Translations under genes and position numbers: made by a program
NCBI GenBank assembly: GCA_964035545.1
Contig: OZ037771.1
Location: 4,847,628-4,911,627, forward strand
Direction: 5' to 3'
Length of the DNA: 64,000 nt
Origin: Bugula neritina
Lineage: Eukaryota; Animalia; Bryozoa
Notes under the pieces: generated by a model
Seen by the model: only the letters and a program-made list of their open reading frames with translations
What the model was told of the DNA's origin: nothing
The model's database searches: none
Shown here: piece after piece, positions 1 to 13,100 of the stretch
Position numbering within the stretch: position 1 is the first letter of the stretch
Layout: each line of letters opens with the position of its first letter

Positions 1-101
1 CTGGATTTCAATTGAGTTTTGAGCTTTAAACCTGATAATAACCAATGAGTCAAAATTGGTGCATTTTGCAGTCTAAACGTAGTTGAAGCTGAACTTTGTA
101 G

Positions 102-3100
102 GTTTCACTCTTTTGGAAAGTGCAGTTTTCTGCTCACATATAGACTTAGTTTCTCTGTTGCTGACTAAAGATGTAGATGTGAATCACAGGCTAGAAACTA
201 CAGTGAGGAAAGGTAGGCAATGTATAAATAGGTATATTTATTAGTTGTCCTCAGGTTAGATATCGCAGCTGTTAAGGAAGGGTAATGACTCTCCAGGTTG
301 TATGAACATTCCTTCAGGTTTTTATAAGAAACCAATATTTTCCCCTCGTCTATATTGCGTGATCAGAAATAGCAACCCAGGAGCAAATCTAAAAGCTGTT
401 AATACGTTACATATAATAATACTATATATCTTAAAAATTAATTGATGCAGCTATTAAGTAAAAATATACTATAATTATATTAACCTTCAGGGTGTTCTAA
501 AGTGTTTTTAACATTAAGATATCTGTAGCAGAGCACACTACATATAAAGTACCTTATTCCTTATATAAAATAAAACACTTTATATACAAAGTAAAACAAG
601 CTGTATATAAAAACCACACTATATAAAATAGCATTAATCATATATTATACATATATTATACATATTATACATAATATTATACATATACATAATGTTATAT
701 ACATATTATACATATATTACACATATTATACATAATATTATATTATACAGCATAGCCTGCTATATTGAAGGTGTTGACTGGTACGAACAGGGTTCTACGG
801 CTCTCCATATAGCTTGCAGCAAGAGGCACAACGACATAGTCTTAGCTCTATTGAAAGCAAAGGCAAATGTCAATACAGTAAATGAGGGAGCGGCTCATCA
901 GACCCCCTTACATGTTGCTGCAGAGAACGGTATGCAAACCTTATAATACTTTAGTGGGTTTTAATGTAAAAATAAAACCTTCTCAGTAGCTAGCCAGGAT
1001 GGTACAAATATCTATTTTATACATATGTACAGTCACATGGTCTGTGAAATTACTTTATTAATGTTATTGATAGAGTTAATGAACAAAAGATAGCATATGT
1101 GTTACTTGTTATATGCTATCATGTATGAGGTTGCCATTTATATTAACTTACAAACTTGGCATTAGAATAATTATACTCTATAATTGCAGTCCATCTTGTA
1201 GCTAAAGCGAATCCTAAATTTTTTACTTTTTATATTTTTTCATATTATATAACTCTAATTTCTTTTAAGCATAATACTATACCAAACGATTTTTTTCAGT
1301 TCATAATATTATGTTTAGTGAATTATCCTCAAAGTGCAAGGAACTACAATACATTTTGAAGGTCATCTGGCACACGTTCAGTGTCTAGTTGAAGCTGGTG
1401 CAGACGTGCATTCTGTTGACCAGAGCGGAGATCAACCGATTCACAAAGCAACCAAGAACGGCCATAACTCTGTTGTGATTTACCTCGTTACTAATGGTTG
1501 CCAAATAAACAATGCCAATACTGAAGGTAATGAATCAGTCCAAATATAGTATTCTGTAAATGATGGTGCATTTTTGGCCATCATATATATAAAGAACAAT
1601 TTAAGCACTGCTGTAAACAAATATTTATGCTGTATACAGCGTGCATTATACGTAGTTTTTGTCTAGAAATATAAAAAAAAGTATAATATATATAATTATG
1701 CATTCCGAAGGTTTAAGTTTCGCTTCAAAATCAGTATAGCATGCAATTATGTTTTAAGATAAAAAGGAGCATGATGCAAGCTGTATATTTTTCACCAAGA
1801 AGCAAATGCTTTGTCAGCTTTTATAGTTCTATTTTTGTATAAATTTAATATTTTTAGAAGCTTACAAATTTATTTTTAAAGTTGGACAGACGTCATTGAT
1901 GCCATCTGACTGAATAGTTTTAAAATCTTCTCCTATACTATTTCTATAAATAATGTTACAAACTTATATATCTTAGCTAGTTCTGTAGATTGCACTTTGG
2001 ACAAATTATTTCTGTAGGTTGCATGCCTGTAATACATAGAAATCATTTATAAAATTTTAATCTTATGCAGATTGCTTCTATAGCAATGAGCACCTATAAA
2101 CTTTGAAATGAGCAAGGACCATCTCTTTTAAACATCATATGCATTTTTGCAGATTACACTTGGTAATTCATTGTTCTGTAGGTTACACTCCCTTAATGCT
2201 GGCAGTTAGTGGAGGACAATTGAAGACAACAATCCTTCTGTTAGAGAATAATGCTGATATAACCAGTCTTGACTCTAACAAGAACAACCCACTCTCATTA
2301 ACCATTGTGAAAGGTCAAGAGGACATAATTCCTTTGTTACTGGATAATGAGGTAGTCACTTTGATAAATTTGAATACTAAAATAACTCTTTGTTAGTATA
2401 TTATTTATCAATATTTATTAACAATTCAAAATATGAATTTAGAATATTTGCTGTTATCATAGAAATAATAAACACTGTTTGTATTTTTTTATAATTTGCA
2501 TGTAATATACAGATTACAAATTACTATTTAAATCATACAGTTTTTATTTTTAAAATCAATGCTGAAGTGAGCTAATATACTTTTAATTACCAAAACTAAA
2601 CATTTTCTATTACACCAATAATTTGTTATATTCTTAGACTAGAGAACTGGTAATAATATTGACCTTCCAGTCACTACGCTCTGATATAAATAGGTTAATG
2701 AATTGTAAAGTGTTTGAGGAACACATTCACTACAGTTCCATTGCTTCACGTTATACTAATGAATGTTTGTACCAATGAATTTTTGATTCCGGTTTGCATG
2801 AACTTATAGTTGCAGTTTCCTTTGATGTAACTGTTTCCAAACATCGCATGAAAAATCTATTGCATATTGTGAAGCTTGGAAACCAGCAATTTTCATCATT
2901 TTTGGGTAAACTTAGCACATTACAACGTAATTACATTTGGTTTTATTTACCTATATATTTATTCTATATGTTTAGGTTGACACGAATGCCCAGAATGTTG
3001 ATGGGAACACACCATTGCATTTAGCTTGTCAACTCAACCAGCCCAACACCGTCAGCCTTCTGCTAGAGGTCGGCGTGGAGATCAACATACAAAACCAAGT

Positions 3101-6100
3101 CGGGAGAACTGCACTGCATATGGCAGCATTATCTAATAGTTATGACATCATCACTCAGCTAGTGACGTCAGGAGTTGAAAGAGAAAGACCTGACCATGAA
3201 GGTAATAAAATTTTAGTATACCCACTGATACCCAAATGGCTAGTAAACAAGCTTAAGTTGAATTCTTTTTCCTTTCATAAAAAGTTAGAAAAGCCCAACC
3301 CTATTTATGGTCAATTTATAGTTTTCAATAAGAAAGTTGAGATAGTATTATACAAATATTCAGCTTTGGAATTTGAGTTGCAAATCATGACCTAAACAGA
3401 ATTGTATTGTTTTATTCTAATGATAATATTTTTTGAAAGTTCAATTTAGCTCTAAAACTATGTTAATTAATGATGTTAATAAAGCTGTAAGGAAGTCTTT
3501 TGAGTTAAAATAAAAAATTCAAGTCAGATAAAGCTGGAAGATGCCTAAGAAGCAAACAAACGTTTACATAAACTAAATAACAATGTTAGGTTGATTAATT
3601 GAAACAGCAAACATAGATTTATATGGTAGATCATGTCAAATTAATTTCTTGCATCTATTAATTTCATAATTGAAAATTACCAGCTATTAGCTAATTACAC
3701 TGATAAGTCTTATCATTACTGTACTATATAATTTATTACTACTACTACTTTCAACTGGTCAGCAGCTGTGCTAGGTTTGTATGGAATATGTGTATTTGAC
3801 CATAAGCATATATTGACAACAATCAATATTGATGAGTGTTCAAGAATAATAACACTAATGATTATGTTAATATATGCCATTTTTTACCAGTAAACTTAAG
3901 CATAGAACAGATAAAGATGATGGCTATTAATGTGGATGAAATGTAAGAGTCAAATTGATAAAAGAATGATGTTAAGCTACACTAGTGGTTATGTCATATA
4001 AGTATGGTTGTAATAAGTAACACTCAAGTTAGGACTACAGAAATTAAACCACATACACTGGCTACATTCTTAAATGACAGTGAAGCAAATATATGGAGTA
4101 TAACGACTCAAGAAATAAATTTTATTTAATAATTATAATAATTTTGTATATGCTTGCAGGTAAATTAGCGAGTGAATGCACAACTAACCCAGAGATAGCG
4201 ACAATCATATCGACTGGTGTAATTCCACCAGCTGCACCAAACAGAGAACTTACCATTGTTAAAAGTAACAACTCGTCCCCCCACCAACACTCTTCACAAA
4301 ACAATTCAACAGAACTAGAGGATGTGCAGCAACAACAACAACTTAACAATGTGCAGCTACAACAGCATCCCTACGGTGACTTGGCCATGTCCTCGAGTAC
4401 GACTTTGGCAGAACCAACGTCCGAAGAACCACGGCCTGAATATATTGAGGCCACCGAGTCTGAAATCTTTTCTCCCAGAGCTCCATTGTCGCCAAGAATT
4501 GAGCGTCAGAGCAAAACCCCAACCTCTCACGAGCCACACAGACAATCTAAGGCTAAAACAAAACTGCTTCCTCATAACTCAGGTAAAAGTTGTGTAATTT
4601 ATTGTAGTCATATAAAGAGTTGGGTTTTACCAATTAGTTCCCAGTTTAAATAGAATTGTTGCGTATATCTTCTTGAAGAATCTTCTCAGAATAAGTAAGC
4701 TTTGTGGTGCCTACAGACACTTCAAAATCGATTGGTTAGCCGATCCAAAAATACTTTCTCAAAACTTAAAAAAGACGTCATTAACTGAGTTGGTGGCTAA
4801 AATCCATTCAAGCTACTTCAGTCTTTTAAAGAACAGAGATTTCTATTACAGATATATTTTAGTCAAAGTATTTAGTAAAATCACTCTGTTCAATACATTA
4901 TTTCATAAAATAAAATTTGCTGCTGTGTTTATAGAAACTCACATGCTACAAAAAGCCCCTCAGCCATTAAACCCAACAAGAGCAATGCCAAACCAATTCC
5001 AGCAGCCAATAGGAGTGGACAAAGCAACAGTGGAGATACTCAAACAAAAGGTCAAAGGTCTTGAGTCTCAAATACTAACCCTTGGACTTGGAGATGACAA
5101 GGCTGTAGTTCTATACAGGTAAAGACAAAGATTAGCATCGGATTCTCAGAACGACTTTTTAAAATCTAGTTAGAGTTGTCTTTCTTCTTTGTGATTACAG
5201 GTCCAGTTTGTCATTTATTTGTATGGAAATTCCCTAAAACAAACTTGTGACAAATTGCATGATTTCGGGCAAAATATTTGTGACCATACCCACAATTGTA
5301 GTACAATGTGTTTGCCATTAAATGAATTTTCAATAATTTATATTTCAACTTAGCCATGTCTTTTCGATTATATTAGATTTTAATTAAGGCTGCTATTATA
5401 AAACACTGGGAAAGGCAAGTTCCAGCTTGTAGAGCAAAACCCAAGTCTGACTAGTTACCAACAGCATACATTTCTAGCAGTGGAAAAAGTTTCTGGGTTT
5501 ATCCTAAATTTTGATGGTATTTGCATTCTCATGATATGGTTAGAAAGTTTAGGTAAGTGATTTGATAAACTAAACGATGTAAAGCCAGTGGACAGTATAA
5601 TATACGTGTTGTTGTTTCATTTAAGACAATATGGCAAATTAAATGAAGAGATGAACTTAGCCAAGCTGATGGTTCGAGATTACTTGATGCAAAATGCTAG
5701 ACCTCTGACACCCCGCATGGAGTAAGTTGCTTGTATCCACTCAAACCTTAGCTATACGCATTGATTTCAAAGCCAAAAATAGTGAAAAGGTAAACTTAAG
5801 GTAACTAAGGATTCAAATAAAGGCTTCAATTTCTAAAGAAAACTCAATAATTTTTCTCTCTTTCCTTTTTACAGTATATTTTTTCAATGCAAAAAACATG
5901 GCAATGGTTACATAGGGAAGATAACTTTGCATTTTGCGTGATGATATGCTTTATTTTAATGTAAAGCATTGAATTTAGCCAGTACATTCATGCTTTGCAG
6001 TTAGTTGCCAATAGTTGTTATGTAGCTTTGTGAACAAGAAAATTATGTTGAAGCCAAAACCCAAATGTTTTTCGGATATGTAATGTAATAGCTGGAGTGT

Positions 6101-6952
6101 AACATGTAAATGTAATGTAATGGGTAAAGTAATAAGTAATTTAATGAATAATGTAATAGGGGTCATTTTACTTAATTTAGTACACACTGGATATCTTCAG
6201 TTTTTGGCTATTTTTCACAATTTAGCTGGTCATGAACATGGTTTTTTGGCCAAAACTAGTAAAACACCAATAAATACACCTAAATAATTGAAGTTCTTTT
6301 TAACTTTGCTTCATTTCCCATGTTTTTCCCCAATTATTCAGCTAGTTTTGGTTACGGACCGTTACAGTTTTTTCGTAACGGTCTGCACATATAGAATATT
6401 AAGTGCATATGACAATGACCTGTGCTTTAATGTTGGGGAATCCCCTCCCCGCCTTTACTGTTATGCGTAGTTGAAACCAGCACATAAAATATCATGTATA
6501 GTAAATTTCAATTGAATTTGAGCAAACTTTATTGTTAGGTCATAAGTTGCTGGTGTGTACTAAATGAAGTAAACCGACTCATAGGTAATGTAAAAATAAT
6601 GTAGTAAGTAAGTTAATAAATAATGTAATAAGTAAATCTACTTGATTTATACTCATGTTATAGGAACAATCAATCAAAAGCTAACTGCCCCAGTCCAATG
6701 GATTTACCTATACCAAGGCATGGTGTCAGTACACCAAGGGAGACAAAAACCACCTCTAATAATAGCCGAAAGTTCAACCCTAACTTCATGGTGGAAACAG
6801 TCGAATCACTGAAGAGTGAGCTACAGATTCTTCGAAACAAAGTCAAACAAACCCACCTATCAAAACTCAATCAGTACATAGTGCAAGTGGAGAGTGTGGC
6901 ATTAGCTATTATAACATTCGCTCATGTCATGGCCGTTACGTTAATGTTGTAA
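102..6952 (+). CDS. Ankyrin-repeat protein with low-complexity/coiled-coil C-terminal half and hydrophobic tail (5' end outside window)
   Basis: Frame-compatible GT-AG exons: 102-212, 771-929, 1362-1526, 2182-2351, 2976-3201, 4160-4582, 4935-5118, 5626-5721, 6664-6952(stop). Ankyrin motifs: GFTLLESAVFCSHIDLVSLLL, GSTALHIAC, QTPLHVAA, GDQPIHKA, GYTPLMLA, GNTPLHLAC, GRTALHMAA. Confidence 0.85.
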
Positions 6953-9900
6953 TAAAATTCTGTTGAGTAGATGCGTGGGAATCTGTATGTTTACTTGGCC
7001 CGTGCAAATGAGTAATAGACTAAAAGATAATAAATTAATGGACAGCTATTGAGCTTTTGCAAGAAGTCCTGTCACTGTATTTTTAACTAAATGCTGAATC
7101 TAAAGTGATTAAAATTTCATAACAAAGCAAGCAGTTATAATTCTTGGTAAAATTTTCTTCCACAACAATTATGTAGTAAAACATGATAATGAATTAAGTA
7201 CTAAGTGTTTATTACAAAAATGAACTTTTGTTACCTGCATTATATGTTTCGATAAGCAACATTATGCATATATACTAAAGGAGTTTTGTCCTACTATACC
7301 AGTAGTTAAAGCTTTATAGATACTATATATAATCATTTTATAGGTTTTAATTTTTGTTTATATTATATTACTAACTCTGTGGACTGTAATTGATGTTTCT
7401 TTAATACAAATTATATAATTGTTTATAAACTACAATACCTACTCTATGATGTTTGTATAATGAGTATACAAAGCTTTCCACATAATTTTACCACTATATG
7501 AGAACTATTTATTGGCATTTTCTAGGACAACTTTGAAACTTATAGCTTCAAATTAGTTGCTATTTTAGTTGAGAAGGAAAGTTTAGTGCTGGGAAATTTT
7601 TCGTGTCAAGTCGTAGGTGAAACAACTCAATCTTTCGCTAGAAGCAGCACCACATTGGGGGTGATTAATTAAATTAGTTGCGCGGACCACAAACCTCTAA
7701 AGTCAAACTCGGGGGGAGGGAAACCCTTTCGAACTTGTACATTTAGTCACCCCGATGTTGGTGCTACTGCAAACGATTTTTGCAATAAGTAAATTTATAG
7801 CGTTAGTTCTCAGGATTGCAATAAGTTTTTCAACGATAGTTTATTTAATACACCCAATTTAAAAAATACAAAACATTTATAGCTCTGACTATGTTTGCAA
7901 ATTTTCCAACAACTTGTTTCATTCTCTGTTTTGCTTTTGAATGGGAAGAAGCTAGAACCACACCAAATTGGTGACAGGCTGTTCATGGGCACTCGTCCAA
8001 CACCAAAACATGATTGGCTTGCCATCAACATAATGCTGCTTTCCTGTTCTTTTCCTACTGTCTATAACTATTCCTAGTCATAATTTAAATTATAGTATTA
8101 ATCATAATGATTATAATTATAATGATAATCATAATGATCGTGATCACCATTATGATTATGGTTTCGATATCGTTATGGTATGTCTGATCATAATGATAAT
8201 ACTTGTAGTTATAGATGATTGCTTTTGATTTTAGTATTATACTTATAGTTATATTTGTACTAATAGTAATACCAACGGCTACTGTGCTAGTACTACTACT
8301 GTACTACTGGACATTACATTTACTGTTTCATTTTGAATTAGAATAATAATTTTAATTAGTGTGATAGATTGTAATTTAAATTGTATTATTTAATTTTAAA
8401 ATAGCAATATATTTATAATAGGTATTACATTATGAATGTGGTTTCAAAATTTGTGATTATTATTATTACAATATAATAATATTAACTCGTAAGTCATAAC
8501 TAATTTGTCCTAAGTGTAACCTGAGTAATGATACAGGCATTTGGTTTTACAAATTTACTAGCCAATTCACACAGTTCAAGAGTTTTGTTAACGTCAGAAT
8601 TAGTGAGTTCAAAAGGTTTTTTTCACCCAGGAGTAAGTGCTTATTGTCACAAACAATCCTGTTTGTCACTCAAGTCACATAGTTCTGAAGTAGTATGTAA
8701 TTTAGCCAAGATATTGTCAGCCCTCTTGTTTCCTTCTTGGCAAGTGAGTGAGTTTTAGCTATCAAATGTGTTTTACTTGGAGTATTAATAAAGCTGTTCT
8801 ACCACTTCCCATAGGCAGTCTTGTTACTGTCATAAACCACTCAAATGTGTCATGAACTTTGCCCCTGCAGCTGATAATGTGCAGCATAAAATGTGTTTTT
8901 TTTACTTTCAGTATTTTAGCAAAGCAATTAGGAAAAGTTTTACATCCTTCAATATTTTCTACTCTTCAGGTAGGTTTGGCCCACCTGGCACTTATTTTGG
9001 TTCTAACAGTTGAAGATGTCTCGTTTAAAAGCACTTAGGTTTGGTGCACCATGTTTTGTTATATTGGTGTGAGAAGATTGTATTTGCCTCCCCCCCCCCC
9101 CATGAAAATATGCTACAAGTATCTTGACCGAATCTACGTACCTAACTTGCTTAGATTTGCTCAAATATAACAACATGATTTAGAACAATTATTTGTGATT
9201 TTTGACAAGCTGAATTTTTTGCAGCTCATATTTAGTGTTTCACAAATTTTCCAAAACAAATTGGTTTTGACATAATGCTTTTAATTTTTTGACAGTTTTA
9301 CTACAGTTTGTTTTAGCACAATGTATTTTCTACAATTAATTATGCAGATAGCATCTAATCTAAATTTTTCCCACTGCAATGCCTGTGCATTGCCATTGCT
9401 TTGAGCTCCAGTGTATGTTTTGGGTTGGGCAAAGTTGAAAGTTACTCTCACTGATAACGATACTGATAAACTGTTCAATATGCACCCCTTGTACACGTGT
9501 ATCCCTCCCTAGATATGTTTACACTAGATAAACTGGCAAGTGAAAGCATTTAGCATATTTATAGCAGTCAGCAGTTTGCTGATGGAACTATAGCTTAAAT
9601 TGATAGATGTTATTTTACCAAGTACAGCTTTCCAGAGAAAGCAAAAAATATTTATGAATTTTTTCTTTTTATAATTTTTGTTCTTTTTAATAGACTTAGC
9701 TTTTTAATATGGCAAGCATCTTATTCGAATGAAAGCATCTTCATCTTGAAGTTAATTTAAAGTGAAAAAACTTAAATGAGACCCAGAGATGACAACTCCT
9801 AACAATGTTTTGGACGTTTTGACCAACTGCCATTTGTTTCATTCACAATTTTATACTTTGTCATAAGTTAATGTATATTTTAGTCTAATTAAATACGAAT

Positions 9901-10123
9901 ATATACAATAAAATTTTATATCTAAAACTGAATTTGATCCCAATTATGGTCATTGATAATTAACATAAACAAATTTGAAATCCAGGTCACAACTGTATAT
10001 CTCAAAAATGATTTTCGTAAAACATGTTTGCAATATCAGTTTTGATGCTAACCTTAACATGGTAGCCTTCAGCTACTTGTATTTGTATGATGGCATAGCC
10101 TTTTTTTAATTTCCTTTGTAGTG

Positions 10124-13100
10124 ATGGCAATCAGGGTATATACTGCACCGCCCCCTAAAGGATGTGAACGGTTGTTTAAAACTGTGTTCAGTGCTGAGGC
10201 TAAAGCATTTATTGGAGAACTTTACACAACATTTCAGTCTGATATTGAAGAAGTAAGTCAGTGTTTCACCCTAGCATTTATTTAATATTATATAATACCA
10301 GGTCGTGTGTGTAAAACATGGCATGTTGTCTTGGCACTTTTAGCCCTTTATAATGTCTATGTAGTTTACTTTTTTTTTAGTATTTTAAAGGAGCTTTGAT
10401 TTTGTGGGCTTTTATCCTACGTTCCTATGACTTATAGGCGTATAAGCATATACTATTAGCATCTTTTACATATAAACTGCATTGCCTTTGGATGTTGATG
10501 ATAATATCAGGACTATGCCAGCATTTGCTAACGTTTAGTCATAAAGTTTATGATTTTAAGACAGGTGGTTAAAGTTCTTAAAAGAAAACAATGACTTTCT
10601 TAATTTAGAGTTTTGATAAACATAATTGAGATTTTATATTGCATAAAAGGGCCTTTTTTACTCTATTGCATCTAAAAAAAATTAAAATATATATGAAACA
10701 TGCTAATCATTCTATGTTAATCCACGATATATTGATATATTTAAAGTAGCTAATACAAGAGTATTTGTAAACTCAACATATTTTGTTGCTGATTTATACT
10801 ATTGTCTAGTAGAGCCAGTAGATAGCTCGTAGAAACTGGTATCAGAAAGAAGTACTCAGTTACAATCTCACAGTTCAGAGTTACTAATATGTTGCAACGT
10901 GAGAAGTTGCTATGAGAAAACAACTCTAAGACTTGGGGAGACTTCACATAATACAACATAATGTTTAATAGTCTTTCTAGTTTGTATATTTATTTAGTAA
11001 AAACTACAAAATATTTATATAATGAGATTAATTAATGCTGTATTTTGATGCTAGTTGTATAGAAGAAGAATAAAGCGGAGAGTAGAATTAGACACCCACA
11101 ACCAGTTACCAGATTTCCTCAGTGAAACCAAGGCTATCAGAGAAAATTTAGAATGGCGAGTTGACCCAATTCCAGCTAGACTGAGAAACCGTAAGATTGA
11201 TTGCGGGGACGTGTCACCTAGCAACCGTCTTCATTTTAAAAAAGCGTTGAACTCTGAGGCTAATGGCATTCAGGTATAATAGATGAGTTAGATGTAGCAA
11301 ATATGTTGGAGTGTGTTTGCTCAGTTGTATTTGATCAACAACTAAATTCATTCATACACCAATACACTAGGCCATCTTTTCTTAAATCTAAACTTTCTTT
11401 TCCCTTCTTGTTCAAACTAAACTTTTACGCTGTCAGAGTGATTTCTAGGCTACGGCTGCTGTCAGTACAACGTAATGATGTGGTCATGACATGAAGTCAG
11501 CATGACCCTACCAGTACGTCTGACTGACAGAACCCTTGCCCTCTCTCTCTCTACTTATCGCCAATGAAACTCATCTATTTAAAAACAAATATAGTAGCAA
11601 TTAAAATCATGTTCAAAGTAAAACATCATAAAAATCTCTGGGTAAAATTTATCCTAAATAAAGTATCACTTACAGCTGAGTTTTATAGTGAGGAATTATC
11701 TATTGCAGATTTTTATATACAAATCTAGGTACATTGTTTACTAACATAGTTATAAAGAATATCAACTGTAAACAATCGCCTATGCAATTGTTACTATAAT
11801 GCTGTAATTTACTTATCTGTTGGCTAAAGCACTTGCTGTCACCAGATCTTTAGGGTGTCTCACATCTGGAGTCTGATTTGCTGCCATACTATATGAACAT
11901 GACTTTACCATATTCAAGGCACCTGCGTCCACCTGCCTGTCACTCCCTTCTGTCATGCCTGCCACTCCGAGCGGCACCACTTATATAGCTCAGCAACAAA
12001 TTGCCAGCATTCACAAGCATGCCTAGAACGGGTGGGTGGGTGAACGATATAACCACCCGTACTTGTGACTCTGTGGTGTTCGTGTACCTCATGCTGTTCT
12101 GTTGCATAAGGGCCACACTTTCTAGCCTGGTGAAACATGTTATATATAGTAATTATCACTCTTGGTGTTATTAATAACCCTGTGTATAAATAATTATGTT
12201 TTAACACATATTATTAAAATTTTAGACGTCATAGACAAGTGATTTCTACATGCATTCGAGGTGCAAAGCCCGCCATAATTTCATACCACATAATTGCAAG
12301 TTGGTAGTGTAAAAATCAATTATGGAAAGACAGCGTTTGGGTCATTCTGTACGATGCTGCCAGATATTTTCTGGTACATGCATATGCTATGATCAGTGGG
12401 AGCTGGAGTCCTTCTTGGGGTTCAGATTTGAATATCTATGCTGATTGTAGGTTGACTTTGATGATGGACATTGTCCCACTTGGACCAATCAAATCCTTGG
12501 TTATTCCAACATAATCGAGTTTGTTTCTGAAAACATGCCAGGTAGCTATATTTATTCTTCCTTGTCAGTTTTATGAATTTTTAATGCATTAATTATTTAA
12601 TTGTACAACTCAAACATCAAAACTTTATAATAAAAAGATGTGCAGACTGTTTAATCTCAAGAGTCAGGTGACTGTTACCAGTACAATGTTGTCCTGTAAA
12701 ACTATAAGTAAAGTTCATGTGATTCAACTACTATATAATGTAATTAAACTTGCTTTTAAGAACATTTTCTGTACTTATCAATGTGTCAAAATGCATTATT
12801 CCTTTTCACTGGTTCTAAGTGTCAAAAATGTGTGGAGTTGTGTACACAGAACAAGCACCTGTTCTGACATGTGTTATACAATATAGCAGTGTCAACAGTA
12901 CCACAAGCACTTGTTGTGTCATGTGTTCTACAATTTAGGAGTGCCAAGAGTGCTACAAGCATCTGTTCTGTCATGTGTTATACACTGTAGGAGTGCCAAC
13001 AGTGCCACAAGCACCTGTTCTGATGCTGAGACCAAGAGCCTGGAACATGGTGGAGCACCACGTTCTGGTGAATGGAGAGAAAGTACCAGGACCGGTGGTG

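Noticed and set aside
6353-6387. Hairpin GACCGTTAC...GTAACGGTC in an ankyrin-gene intron
   Set aside because: Probably part of a small repeat element, but no termini, TSD or Helitron CTAG end could be defined.
11890-12130. GC-richer intronic patch with ORF 11953-12207
   Set aside because: No recognisable protein or RNA motif; likely an unclassifiable repeat remnant.
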